Shown here piece by piece: positions 49,022 to 58,782 of a stretch of 63,957 nt of DNA. Both the position numbers and the translations under genes were made by a program. Each line of letters begins with the position of its first letter. Positions within the stretch are counted from its first letter, which is position 1. Location of the stretch: positions 1-63,957 of the forward strand of contig DASUTU010000057.1 of the NCBI GenBank assembly GCA_036374435.1, read 5' to 3'. Below the pieces are notes generated by a model. That model was not told the origin of the DNA. It made no database searches and was given only the letters and a program-made list of their open reading frames with translations. The stretch is from Actinomycetota bacterium. Lineage in GTDB: Bacteria; Actinomycetota; UBA4738; HRBIN12.

Positions 49022-49882
49022 TCAGTCGTAGTCGTAGAAGCCCCGGCCGGTCTTCCGGCCGAGTCGGCCGGCGGTGACCATGCGACGCAGCAGGGGCGGT
49101 GGCGCGAACCGGGCCTCACGGAACTCGTCGTAGAGGACCTCGGCGATCTGCAGGCACGTGTCGAGCCCGATCAGGTCGGCCAGGCGCAGCGGACCCATCG
49201 GGTGGTTCAGCCCGAGGTGGATCGCCGTATCCACGTCCTCGCGAGTGGCGAAGCCGTCCTCGAGCATGCGGATGGCGTCGTTCAGGTAGGGGATCAGCAA
49301 CGTGTTCACGATGAACCCGGCGCGGTCCCGCGACAGAACCGTCGTCTTGCCGATCGTCACGCAGTAGCTGCGCGCCACCTCGACGGTCTCGTCCGAGGTC
49401 GTGATGGCCTTCACGATCTCGACGAGCCCCATCACCGGAACCGGGTTGAAGAAATGCAGTCCGATCACCAGCTCCGGGCGCTTGGTGGCGGCGCCGAGAT
49501 CGGCGATCGGGATCGAGGACGTGTTCGAGGCGAGCACGACGTCCGGCCTGGTGACCTCGTCCAGGCGCCGGAACAGCTCGAGCTTCGTGTCCCGGTCCTC
49601 GGTCGCCGCCTCGATCACCAGGTCCACGTCGGCGAGATCGCGCACGTCGACGGTCCCGCGCACCCGCTCGAGCAGCTCGTCCCGCTCGCGAGGGACGATC
49701 TTCTCCCGTTCGACGGCGCGGAGGGTGGACGTCTCGATCCGGTGACGCCCCACCTCGACGAGCTCCTCGTTGGCCTCGAGGAAGGTCACGTGTTGCCCGG
49801 CCCGAGCCGCCACCTCGACGATGCCCGAACCCATCAGGCCGCATCCCACGACCCCCACCGAACGAACCTCTTCGCCTCGCAT
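49022..49882 (-). CDS. 3-hydroxybutyryl-CoA dehydrogenase
   Basis: VGVVGCGLMGSGI, IEAATE, ASNTSSI, GLHFFNP, GFIVN, PMGPL..ADLIGLD, LGRKTGRGFY. Confidence 0.95.
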   Translation of the reverse strand: MRGEEVRSVGVVGCGLMGSGIVEVAARAGQHVTFLEANEELVEVGRHRIETSTLRAVEREKIVPRERDELLERVRGTVDVRDLADVDLVIEAATEDRDTKLELFRRLDEVTRPDVVLASNTSSIPIADLGAATKRPELVIGLHFFNPVPVMGLVEIVKAITTSDETVEVARSYCVTIGKTTVLSRDRAGFIVNTLLIPYLNDAIRMLEDGFATREDVDTAIHLGLNHPMGPLRLADLIGLDTCLQIAEVLYDEFREARFAPPPLLRRMVTAGRLGRKTGRGFYDYD

Positions 49883-49934
49883 CTCGGTCTCCGGATGAAC
49901 CGACGTCAGAGGCCGAGCGTACAATCAATCGATC

Positions 49935-50363
49935 GTGTCCACGGTCCCCTCCGCCTCGTTCCGGGTGCGCGGCATCCCCGCGTTCGGGTTCGCCGCGGCC
50001 GGCCTGCTGATCGGCTATGGGGTCTCGTACCTGGTTGCCGTCCCGGACCCGCATCACCGCGACCTGCTGATCGACCGGACCGGTCACGCCTACCTGCCGG
50101 CGGCCGGCCAGGCGGCGATCGTCCTGGCGCTTGCCGCGGTGGCCGTGGTGGTCGCCCGGGCGTGGACGGGCCGTCGGGTCGGGTCCGCCGGGCTCATCAC
50201 GCTGGTCGTCGGAGTCGCCGTGGTCCTGTGGCCGCGTGGACGCCCGCCGACGAAGAGACGCAATCGAAGGGCGTCCGGGGCCGAACGCGTCAGCAGACCT
50301 GGGAGAGCAGCGGCCAGGGGTTCACCGCGCCGTTCCCGAGGACCGAGTACCCGTAGGGACTGA
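49935..50363 (+). pseudogene. Membrane protein, probably internally deleted
   Basis: TACAAT 9 nt upstream; TMs and a PDPHHR...TGHAYL motif, then the frame drifts into non-membrane sequence and overlaps the convergent M23 gene by 74 nt. Confidence 0.5.
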
Positions 50364-51453
50364 CCGGCCAGTCGTTCGGGATCACGTTCGGACGCCACTC
50401 GAAGTGGTTGTGCGGCGTGCCGGCGTTCCCCGTCGTCCCCACGTACCCGATGATCTGCCCGGCCTGGACGGGCCCGCTCACGCCGGGCGCGGCCAGGTGC
50501 GCGTTGTAGGTGTACCCGTGTTCGCCGTAGACGTAGACGGCGTAGCCGCCGAGTGAGTTGGTCGAGGTTCGGGCCGTCCCGCTGAACGTCGCACGGATCG
50601 CCGTGCCCTGCGGCGCCATGATGTCGTTGCCGGCGTGCGGGTGGTAGCCACCGCCGTAGCGAGGTGCGCCGAAGCCGTCGAACACGGCGCGAGGCGGGTC
50701 CACCGGGCAGACGTTGAAGACGCCCTCGGCGTAGAACTTCACCTGCGAGAGCGCGGCAAGCTCCCGTTTGTACTTCTTCTCCAGGTCCTTCACGAGCTCG
50801 GCGGCCCGCGCCTTCTTCTCCTCCAGGTCGTCCAAGACCGACTGCTGCTCGGCGAGCTTGGCGTCCAGCGCCGCCTGCTCGGTCTCGACCTCCTGCAAGG
50901 CTCGTGCCGCCTTGGCCTGGAGCTCCTCCTGGCTCTCCCTCTCGGCGGCCAGGGCGTTCTTCAGGTTCTGGACCCGCGTGGCGAGGTCGGTGTCGGTCTC
51001 GTTGAGGGCGTTGATGAACTCGACGCGGGCGGACAGATCCGCGATCGAGGTGGCGCCGAGGAGGAATTCCAGGTCGCTGCCGGGTCCGACGATGAAGGTC
51101 TGGCGAGCGCGATCGGCGAGGTCGCCCTGGAGCGCCTCGAAGTCGTCCCGAGCCCGCTGGAGCTCGAGGCGGGTGATCCGCAGCTCCTCCGTGATCTGCT
51201 CCCACCGGCCCCGGGCCTCGGTGAGACGTTGGGCGATCTCGGCCGCCTCGAGCTGGAGGGTCTGGAGCACCCCTTGCTGGGACTCGATCTGGTCCACCAG
51301 GCGGTTGAACTCGGCCTCGGCGGCGTCGAGCTTCTCCTCGGTGGTCTGCGCACCGGCTGACGGCGACAGCGAAGCCAGCAACGCAGCGGCCAAGACCGCC
51401 ACCAGGACGCGTCCGACCAGGCTTCGAGTGGTGCCGTTTGAGCGCTCGGCCAT
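50290..51453 (-). CDS. M23/LytM peptidase with N-terminal coiled coil (peptidoglycan hydrolase)
   Basis: Signal peptide, long coiled coil, HAGND (HxxxD), YNAHL, HNH (HxH). Confidence 0.9.
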   Translation of the reverse strand: MAERSNGTTRSLVGRVLVAVLAAALLASLSPSAGAQTTEEKLDAAEAEFNRLVDQIESQQGVLQTLQLEAAEIAQRLTEARGRWEQITEELRITRLELQRARDDFEALQGDLADRARQTFIVGPGSDLEFLLGATSIADLSARVEFINALNETDTDLATRVQNLKNALAAERESQEELQAKAARALQEVETEQAALDAKLAEQQSVLDDLEEKKARAAELVKDLEKKYKRELAALSQVKFYAEGVFNVCPVDPPRAVFDGFGAPRYGGGYHPHAGNDIMAPQGTAIRATFSGTARTSTNSLGGYAVYVYGEHGYTYNAHLAAPGVSGPVQAGQIIGYVGTTGNAGTPHNHFEWRPNVIPNDWPVSPYGYSVLGNGAVNPWPLLSQVC

Positions 51454-51600
51454 GGAAAGGGCCCTTTGCTTATCGAACCCCGCCCGGGGGTGTCAACCGC
51501 GGGCGGATCGAGGGTGCCGTCTCCGGACCCCCGATGCAATCACCCTCAGCGGCCGGTTGGGGGGTCTTGAGGCCCGCCGCGGCAGGGCCGGCCGTCCGGA

Positions 51601-51618
51601 GTTGCCCGTGAGGGCAAC
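51601..51618 (-). terminator. Hairpin just after the acyl-CoA dehydrogenase stop (terminator-like, no U tract)
   Basis: GTTGCCC-TCAC-GGGCAAC perfect 7-bp stem 3 nt after the TAG. Confidence 0.45.
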
Positions 51619-51621
51619 GAG

Positions 51622-52779
51622 CTAGAGCTCGGTGCCGGGGAGCTCCAGCGCGCGGGCGATCAGGACTCGCTGGATCTCGCTGGTGCCCTCGCCGATCTCC
51701 AGGACCTTCGCGTCCCGGTAGAACCGGGCCACGGGGAACTCCTCGATGTACCCGTAGCCTCCGTGGACCTGGACCGCCTCGCGGGCGCAGGTGGTGGCCA
51801 TCTCGCTCGCGTACAGCTTGGCGATGGCCGCCTCGGTGGTGAAGGGGCGACCAGTGTCCCGCAGCCACGCGGCCCGTTGGTAGGCCAGGCGGGCCAGGTC
51901 CACCGCCACCTTCATGTCGGCGATCTTGAACTGGAGCGCCTGGTACTCCCCGATCAGCCGCCCGAACGCCTCGCGCTCGGAGGCGTACTTGACGCTCTCC
52001 TCCAGGCACCCGCGGGCCAACCCCGCCGAGACGGCCGCGATGGCCACCCGGCCGTCGGCGAGCGTCTCGAGGAACTGCGCGTAGCCCCGGCCGCGTTCAC
52101 CCAGCAGGTGGTCCGCCGGGACCCGGCACCCGTCGAACGCGATCTCGTGGGTATCGCTGGCCCGCCACCCCACCTTCCGGTAGGAGGCCCCCACCGTCAT
52201 GCCCGGCGTGTCGGCCGGAACGAGGATGGTCGAGATGCCACCGTCGGGGGCGCCGGCGTCCCGCGCCGCCGCTAGGACGACCGAGGTGATCGGGGTCCCC
52301 GAGTTGGTGATGAACGCCTTCGAGCCGTCGAGCACCCAATCGTTCCCGTCGAGCCGGGCGGTCGTCCGGACCGCCCCGGCGTCGGAGCCGCCGCCGGGTT
52401 CGGTGAGCGCGAACGCGCCGAGGGCCTCGCCGCGCAGCATCGGCCCGAGCCAACGCCCCTGCTGCTCCTCGGTGCCGAACCGGTACAACGGGTTCGCGGC
52501 CAGTCCCACCGCCGCCTCGAGCGTGATCGCGACCGAGGAGTCGTACCGCGCGATCTCCTCGAGGCACAGACAAAACGTCAGGAGGTCCCCGCCCTGCCCT
52601 CCGACCTCCTCGGGGAACGGGATCCCGAACAACCCGAGCTCCCCCATCCGCTTCACGACCTCGAGCGGGAACTCCTCGCGTTCGTCGTAGCCGGGGGCCG
52701 CCGGCGCCACGACCTCCTCCGCGAACTCCCGGACCAGGTGCCGGAAGGCCCGCTGCTCCTCGGTGAGCTCGAAGTTCAC
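51622..52779 (-). CDS. Acyl-CoA dehydrogenase
   Basis: FALTEPGGGSDAG, GSKAFITN, KVGWRASDT, GRVAIAA, HGGYGY..E.PV.RFYRDAKVLEIGEGTSEIQR. Confidence 0.95.
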   Translation of the reverse strand: MNFELTEEQRAFRHLVREFAEEVVAPAAPGYDEREEFPLEVVKRMGELGLFGIPFPEEVGGQGGDLLTFCLCLEEIARYDSSVAITLEAAVGLAANPLYRFGTEEQQGRWLGPMLRGEALGAFALTEPGGGSDAGAVRTTARLDGNDWVLDGSKAFITNSGTPITSVVLAAARDAGAPDGGISTILVPADTPGMTVGASYRKVGWRASDTHEIAFDGCRVPADHLLGERGRGYAQFLETLADGRVAIAAVSAGLARGCLEESVKYASEREAFGRLIGEYQALQFKIADMKVAVDLARLAYQRAAWLRDTGRPFTTEAAIAKLYASEMATTCAREAVQVHGGYGYIEEFPVARFYRDAKVLEIGEGTSEIQRVLIARALELPGTEL

Positions 52780-52817
52780 GCCCCCACCCTATTCGCGGTG
52801 GACGGCGACGACGCGGC

Positions 52818-53282
52818 TCACTCCAGCGGCCGGAACCCCTCGATGTCGAGGATCGATCCGATCCGGTCGTCGGACAGGACCACCTCGACCCGCTCGCCGA
52901 TCTCGAGCGGCTCGTCGCCCGCCTTCACGATCCGGTGCATCATCACCGCGTCGGCGCGGTCCAGCCGCACCAGCCCGATGGTCTCGGGCTCGTCCAGCGG
53001 CTCCCCCTCGAGCCCGACGAACACGATCGTGAACGACACGAGCGTTCCCTGGGGCCCGACCTCGACGTCGGCGGACAGCTCGGAGAAGCATCGCTCGCAG
53101 AACAGGCGCGCCGGGGCGTACGTGTAGGAGCAGGATTCACATCGGGACCCGAGCAGCACCCCACGGTCGCGCAGCGCCGTGAAGAACACCTCGCCGGCCA
53201 CGCCCGGCGTGTACCGGTGCCGAACGGGCATCTGGCCGGGCCACCGCCGAACCTCCCCCGGCCGCTCGATCCGCTCAAGCAT
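52818..53282 (-). CDS. DUF35 Zn-ribbon/OB-fold protein
   Basis: CESC...P.RLFCERC zinc ribbon, then OB-fold GTLVSFT...LVRLD...IGERVEVV. Confidence 0.88.
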   Translation of the reverse strand: MLERIERPGEVRRWPGQMPVRHRYTPGVAGEVFFTALRDRGVLLGSRCESCSYTYAPARLFCERCFSELSADVEVGPQGTLVSFTIVFVGLEGEPLDEPETIGLVRLDRADAVMMHRIVKAGDEPLEIGERVEVVLSDDRIGSILDIEGFRPLE

Positions 53283-54990
53283 CCGCACGCTCCTCGGACA
53301 CACGCGGCCGGAAATAGGCGATGTCGAGGATCGACCCCGTGCGCTCGCCCTCCGGCCGCCACACGGCCTCGACGGCCATCCCGATCCGAACGTCGTCCGG
53401 CGCGACCCCGCCGAGCTTGTGCAGGAACCCACCGTCCGACCCGTCGATCGAGATCACCGCCGGCAGCTCCGGCTCCGCGAGCGCCTGCATGTCCCACCGC
53501 ACATGGCAGATCGAGAACGTCTGGACGACCCCGGTCTGCTGGACCTCCACCCACGCATCGGTGTTCCGGAAGCAGCGCTCACAGAACATCCTCGGCGGAA
53601 CCAACACGCGCTCGCACCCCCGGCACTCGCGGCCCATGATGCGACCGGCCTCGAATCCGTCGAGATACCGTCCCACGGCGACACCGGCGTCCCAGCGGTA
53701 CCGGGCATCGACCGCGTGATCGACGGCCCCCGTTGCAGAGCGGAACTCGGAATCGGTCAGCGAGTGCCCCGGCGTGGTGACCGGGGGCGTCCCGGTGCTG
53801 GCGGGGGCGGCGGTGGCGCCGGCTCCGTCGGTGCCCATCACCACGACCGTGCCGACTTGCATCAGGTCGCCCCAGGCCTGCGCGACGCCGCGTTCGGGGG
53901 TCCCGGGAACCTGGCGGGCTCCGGCGTCGCCACGGAGTTGCCAGAAGAGTTCCGCGATCTTCATTAGACCTGCGGCCGCGATTGGATTCCCCACACCGAG
54001 CAATCCTCCGGATGGGCAGCTGGGGAGGTCGCCGTCGCGGTTCAGCACTCCGTCGCGGGCCGCTTCCGGGGCTTTCCCCTTGTCGAAGAGCAAGAGCCCT
54101 TCCAGGTGGTGGAGCTCCTTGTAGTCGAAGGGGTCGTAGGGCTCGGCGACGTGGATCTGTTTGCGCGGTTCGGTGACGCCGGCCATGTCGTAGGCCATGC
54201 GCGCCGCGTTGGCAACATATTCGGGGAACACGAGGTCGCGGTTGGTCCAATAGGCCGTGTCGAGGTTCCAGCCGACGCCTTGGATCCAGATGGGGCGGTC
54301 GGTGAGGCGGCGCGCGGCCTCCTCGCTCGCCACGACGATCGCCACGGCGCCGTCGCTGATCGGGGAGACGTCCAGCCGCTGCACCGGCCACGCCAGGGTC
54401 TCGGAGGCCAGGACGTCCTCGACGGTGAGATCCGCCTGGCCGAGGAGCGCCGCCGGGTGGTCGGCGGCGTTGCGCTTGTTCTTGACCGCGATGGAGGCGA
54501 TGTCCCGCTTGTCGATCCCGTGGACCGACATGTAGCGGTTCATCTCGAGCGCGAAGATCCACAACAGGTTGGGGCCGAGCGGGCGCTCCAACGTGTGGTC
54601 GAAGATGCTGAGGAACGCGCCCTGCGGGTGAGGCTGCGTGCTCGACATCTTCTCCTCGGCGACGGCGAGCACGACGTCGGCCATCCCGCTGGCCACCGTG
54701 TACCAGGCCTGGATCGCCGTGAAGACGCCGCTGCCGCCGCCGACGTAGGTGCGGATGAAGGGTTTGCCAAACGCGCCGGCGCCGTCGGACAGGTACTCCC
54801 CCTTCATGTGCACGCCGTCGAACGCGTCCGGCGCGCTGGTGAGACAGACGGCGTCCACGTCGCCCAGAGAGAGCTCGCACGACTGCAGCGCACCTCGGGC
54901 CGCCTCCCACGAGAGCTCCTTGCCGGTCTCGAGGCCCCGGCGGACGAACTTCGTCATTCCCGCCCCCACGACGGCGACCGGGCGGCTCAC
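53275..54990 (-). CDS. Thiolase-fold (SCP2/lipid-transfer-protein type) protein fused to a C-terminal DUF35 domain
   Basis: VAVVGAGMTKF, AEEKM, AVKN..NA..HP, SPISDGAVA, YDPF, GGLLGVGNP; linker; CRGC...PPRMFCERC plus OB-fold. Confidence 0.88.
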   Translation of the reverse strand: MSRPVAVVGAGMTKFVRRGLETGKELSWEAARGALQSCELSLGDVDAVCLTSAPDAFDGVHMKGEYLSDGAGAFGKPFIRTYVGGGSGVFTAIQAWYTVASGMADVVLAVAEEKMSSTQPHPQGAFLSIFDHTLERPLGPNLLWIFALEMNRYMSVHGIDKRDIASIAVKNKRNAADHPAALLGQADLTVEDVLASETLAWPVQRLDVSPISDGAVAIVVASEEAARRLTDRPIWIQGVGWNLDTAYWTNRDLVFPEYVANAARMAYDMAGVTEPRKQIHVAEPYDPFDYKELHHLEGLLLFDKGKAPEAARDGVLNRDGDLPSCPSGGLLGVGNPIAAAGLMKIAELFWQLRGDAGARQVPGTPERGVAQAWGDLMQVGTVVVMGTDGAGATAAPASTGTPPVTTPGHSLTDSEFRSATGAVDHAVDARYRWDAGVAVGRYLDGFEAGRIMGRECRGCERVLVPPRMFCERCFRNTDAWVEVQQTGVVQTFSICHVRWDMQALAEPELPAVISIDGSDGGFLHKLGGVAPDDVRIGMAVEAVWRPEGERTGSILDIAYFRPRVSEERADA

Positions 54991-55346
54991 GGCGCGCTCC
55001 CGGCGTATTCGATGATCTGGAGCCGGTTGCCGTCCGGGTCCTCGAACGAGGCGAACCGGAGGCGTCCCTCGACCTCGCCGATCCGCTCATGGAAGCGGAC
55101 GCCGCGCTGCTCGAGCCCGGCCCGGGCCAGGTCGAGATCGTCCACGCGCAGCACCACCGTTCCGCCGCGTTCGGGCTCGGCTCCGTCCCGCGTGGCGTGG
55201 AGCCCCAGCCGGGCGCCGCCGGCGTCGAGCTCGGACCAGTCGTCACCGTGGCGGCGGAGCACGGTCAGGCCGATCACCCCCTGGTAGAACGCCAGCGCGC
55301 GATCCATGTCCCCAACCCAGAACCAGACGTGGTCGAGCGCCGTCAT
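54987..55346 (-). CDS. VOC (glyoxalase/bleomycin resistance) family protein
   Basis: LDHVWFWVGDMDRALAFY...FEDPDGNRLQI. Confidence 0.88.
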   Translation of the reverse strand: MTALDHVWFWVGDMDRALAFYQGVIGLTVLRRHGDDWSELDAGGARLGLHATRDGAEPERGGTVVLRVDDLDLARAGLEQRGVRFHERIGEVEGRLRFASFEDPDGNRLQIIEYAGSAP

Positions 55347-55380
55347 CTCGTTCCTCTCCGCCCCGGCCCGCGCTGCGCGC

Positions 55381-56550
55381 TCACCCGCCCGCTCCGGCGT
55401 CGTTGGCCAGCACCGCGACGGCGGCCGAGGTGCTCGGCACCGCCCGAACCGACTGCGCCACCGCCACGTAGGCGTCGTCCACCTGCCGCTCGCCGGCCTC
55501 GCCGCGGAGCTGCTCGGCGCACTCGAGCACCCGAACCAGCCCGTTGGCCTCCAACAGGTTCCCCTGCCCGAGCGAGCCTCCAGACACGTTCACCGGCAGG
55601 GCGCCGTCCGGATCGAGCTCTCCGTCTTCGAGCAGGGTCGCGAGGTCGGCCACCGACCCCAGGCCGAGCGCCTCCAGGTGCTGGAGCTCGCGGAACGCGT
55701 AGACGTCGTCGATCTCGAGCAGGTCGATCTCCTCGGCCGGGTCCCGGATCTCCGCCTGCCCGAAGGCGGCTTCGGCAGCCCGCGTGGTCGAGTCGGCCTC
55801 CCCCCACATCCGGCTCTCCAACGTCGGCGAACCCGACGACCACCCCACGCCGAGCACCCACACCGGGGCCTCGCTCAGGTCCCGCACGCGATCGGCCGAC
55901 GCCAGGACGACCACGACGCAGCCGTCGGCGCGCCCGGCGATCTCGAGCTCGCGCAGCGGCCAGCTCACCGGGGAGGAGTCGTCCACGTCGTCGGTGGCCA
56001 GCGCGGCGGGATAGGCGGCGCGAGGATTGTCGAGCGCGTTCGTCCGGTTCTTCGCCGCGATCATCGCGCAATGCTCCTCGGTCAGGCCGGAGCGTTCCAG
56101 GAAGGCGTGCATCTCGAGCCCGGCCACGGCGAGCGTGGAGACGCCGAGCGGCCGCGCGAACACGGGATCGAGGGCGAACGCCTCGATCGCCCCCAGCGTC
56201 TCGACGTCCGAGGCCTTGCTGTGGGCTTCGACGGCCACCACCGAGGCCACGCCCGACCGGATGAGCATCACGCCGGTGGCCAGGCCGACCAGCCCGTCGG
56301 CCGCGACCGTGTGCACCGGGCGCTGCATCGCGCCGAGTTGGTCCGGCACGTATTCGTCGAAGATCGACGTGCCCTCGAGGAAGTCCTCGGAGCAGCACAC
56401 GAACGAGTCGACCTCGGACCTGGGGTCCACGCCGGCGTCGTAGTAGGCGCGGGTCGCCGCCTCGAACATGAGCTCCTTGTACGAGATCCCGGCGGTGATC
56501 GGGGCGAACCCCGCGTGCCCGACCCCGACGATGGCAACGCGACCCGTCAC
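55381..56550 (-). CDS. Second thiolase-fold (SCP2-type) protein
   Basis: VAIVGVG, VEAHSK, AAKN..NA..NP, RADGCVVVVL, LPVNVSGGSLGQG; no nucleophilic Cys. Confidence 0.85.
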   Translation of the reverse strand: MTGRVAIVGVGHAGFAPITAGISYKELMFEAATRAYYDAGVDPRSEVDSFVCCSEDFLEGTSIFDEYVPDQLGAMQRPVHTVAADGLVGLATGVMLIRSGVASVVAVEAHSKASDVETLGAIEAFALDPVFARPLGVSTLAVAGLEMHAFLERSGLTEEHCAMIAAKNRTNALDNPRAAYPAALATDDVDDSSPVSWPLRELEIAGRADGCVVVVLASADRVRDLSEAPVWVLGVGWSSGSPTLESRMWGEADSTTRAAEAAFGQAEIRDPAEEIDLLEIDDVYAFRELQHLEALGLGSVADLATLLEDGELDPDGALPVNVSGGSLGQGNLLEANGLVRVLECAEQLRGEAGERQVDDAYVAVAQSVRAVPSTSAAVAVLANDAGAGG

Positions 56551-56615
56551 GCGAGCGATTGTCCCATGGACGCGTGGCCCCACGTCGCGACCGCCCTTGC
56601 TACGCTCCGGCCACC

Positions 56616-57617
56616 GTGGCGACGATCCACCAGCACGACCGAATGCTCTGGACGCGCCTGCGGTGGGCCGCGCTGTTGTTGTTCGGGGCGATCGCCTACG
56701 GGACCGCCGGCTACATGGTGCTCGAGGGCTGGAGCTTCCTCGACGCCCTCTACATGACGGTCACGACGATGACCACCGTCGGCTTCCGGGAGGTCCGGCC
56801 GCTCGACACCGCCGGCCGGGCCTTCACCCTGACGGTCATCACACTCGGCGTGGGAACCGCGTTGATCACGATCGCGATCACGGCCCAGTGGGTGCTCGAC
56901 ACACACTGGGGAGAACGAACGAGGAGGAGACGGATGCAACGGCGCATCGACGCCCTGACGGATCACTACGTGGTGTGCGCCTACGGGCGCGTCGGACGCG
57001 CCGTGGCTCGGGAGCTCGAGGCCGAAGGTGTGCCGTTCGTGGTCGTCGACACGAAGGAGGACCTCGAGGAGCGAATGACGGCGGACGACATCTTGTACCT
57101 CGTCGACGATCCGTCGGAGGAGAACGTACTCGAACGCGCGGGGGTCCGCCGAGCGCGAGGTTTGGTGTGCGCGGTCGACTCGGACGCCACCAACGTGTAC
57201 ATCACGCTCGTCGCCAGGGCGCTCAACCCCGACCTGTTCATCGTCGCCAGGGCGTCCGAGCCCGGGTCCGACGCCCGGCTCGCCCGCGCCGGCGCGAACC
57301 GCGTCATCTCCCCGTACGTGAGCAGCGGCCGTCACATGGCGCTCGTGGCCATGCGACCCCGCGTGGACGACGTGGTCGAGATCGAGCCCGGCCCCGGGGC
57401 GAGCTCGCTCCGCCTGGAGGAGCTGCGGGTCGAATCGGAGTCCCCGCTCGCCGGCCGGACGATCGGCGAGGCGCTCGGCCGAGCCCCGGTGCTGGCGATC
57501 CGACACGCCGACGCCCAGATCACGCCGAACCCACCGACCGACGTCACGCTGCGCGAGGGAGACCTGGTGCTGATGATCGGGGAAGAGGACCTGCCCTCGG
57601 TGCGGCGCGCCCCCTGA
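56616..57617 (+). CDS. 2TM potassium channel with RCK_N and RCK_C domains (MthK-like)
   Basis: YMTVTTMTTVGF pore/filter, VVCAYGRVG, DSDATNVY, C-terminal RCK_C LREGD; start may be at 56643. Confidence 0.9.
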   Translation: MATIHQHDRMLWTRLRWAALLLFGAIAYGTAGYMVLEGWSFLDALYMTVTTMTTVGFREVRPLDTAGRAFTLTVITLGVGTALITIAITAQWVLDTHWGERTRRRRMQRRIDALTDHYVVCAYGRVGRAVARELEAEGVPFVVVDTKEDLEERMTADDILYLVDDPSEENVLERAGVRRARGLVCAVDSDATNVYITLVARALNPDLFIVARASEPGSDARLARAGANRVISPYVSSGRHMALVAMRPRVDDVVEIEPGPGASSLRLEELRVESESPLAGRTIGEALGRAPVLAIRHADAQITPNPPTDVTLREGDLVLMIGEEDLPSVRRAP

Positions 57618-57627
57618 GATGGGCCGT

Positions 57628-58779
57628 TCACCCAGCGAGGGCTGCCGTCCTGCGGTCGACCAGCCGCGCCGCGATCGGCGCCGCCACGGCGAGGATCATC
57701 ACGTAGGTCGCCGTGAGCGGCACGAGGTCGGCCGTGGTTCCGGCCGCGGCAGCCAGACCGGCGATCACGATCGAGAACTCCCCTCGCGCGATCAGGACCG
57801 TTCCTCCCCGGATCCGCCCCCGCCGGCCGATGCCCGCCCGCCGCGCCGCCAGCCAGGCGGTCAGGAACTTGGTCCCCGCCCCGACCCCGGCGAGGGCCAG
57901 GGCCGCGGGAAGCACGGCCGGGATCGACCCGGTGTCGACCTGGAAGCCGAAGAACAGGAAGAAGGCACCGGCGAAGAGCGCCCGGAGCGGAACCAGCAGC
58001 GACCGGGCTCGGTCCGCCGCCGGGCCCGAGAACGCGATCCCGGCCAGGAACGCCCCCACGGCGGTCGAGACGTTGAGCGCCTCCGTGGCGGCGGCCGTCA
58101 GCAGCAGCACGGCCAAGATGCCGAACAGGAGCGCTTCGTCCGAGCGGCTGAAGACGGCGCGGCTCATGGCCGGGCCGTACGCGGCCGCGAGCGCGAGCAC
58201 CGTCGCGACGGCGAGCGCCGCCAGGCCGATGGAGACGGCTACGCGACCGGCGCCGCCGCCGACCTGCAGGACGGTGACCAGCGGCAGGAACCCGGCCATG
58301 ACCAGGTCCTCGATCACCAGGATGGCGAGGACGAGCGGGGTCTCGCGGTTGCCCATCCACCCCAGGTCGTCGAGGGTGCGCGCGATCACGCCCGACGACG
58401 AGATGTAGGTCACGCCGCCGAGGGCGACGGCGAGCACGACCCCCCAGCCCAGGAGCAACCCGGCCGCGAAGCCCGGCACGAAGTTGAGCACCAGGTCGGC
58501 TCCACCGGCCGCGGCGGTCGATCGCATGGCCTCCACGAGCTCTCGCGCCGAGTACTCCAGGCCGAGCGAGAACAGCAGGAGTATCAGTCCGATCTCGGCG
58601 CCCGCCTCGATGAACTCGTCGGCGATGGCGAGGGGGAACACCCCTCCCTCGCCGAAGGCCAGCCCCGCCAGCAGATACAACGGGATCGGCGAGAACCTCA
58701 ACACATGGGCAACTCTGGCCAACACCGCGAGCAACAGGACCACGCCGCCCAGCTCGACCAGGAACGGCCAGCCGGTCAC
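57628..58779 (-). CDS. CPA2 cation:proton antiporter (KhtU-like)
   Basis: Multiple TMs; IGLILLLFSLGLE, ISSSG, LVIEDL, GAFLAG, RGEFSIVIA. Confidence 0.9.
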   Translation of the reverse strand: MTGWPFLVELGGVVLLLAVLARVAHVLRFSPIPLYLLAGLAFGEGGVFPLAIADEFIEAGAEIGLILLLFSLGLEYSARELVEAMRSTAAAGGADLVLNFVPGFAAGLLLGWGVVLAVALGGVTYISSSGVIARTLDDLGWMGNRETPLVLAILVIEDLVMAGFLPLVTVLQVGGGAGRVAVSIGLAALAVATVLALAAAYGPAMSRAVFSRSDEALLFGILAVLLLTAAATEALNVSTAVGAFLAGIAFSGPAADRARSLLVPLRALFAGAFFLFFGFQVDTGSIPAVLPAALALAGVGAGTKFLTAWLAARRAGIGRRGRIRGGTVLIARGEFSIVIAGLAAAAGTTADLVPLTATYVMILAVAAPIAARLVDRRTAALAG

Positions 58780-58782
58780 CGC

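Noticed and set aside
51454-51620. Possible c-di-AMP (ydaO) riboswitch upstream of the M23 hydrolase, suggested by GGGCAACTC
   Set aside because: The motif is part of a simple terminator-like hairpin, and the other conserved ydaO elements are absent
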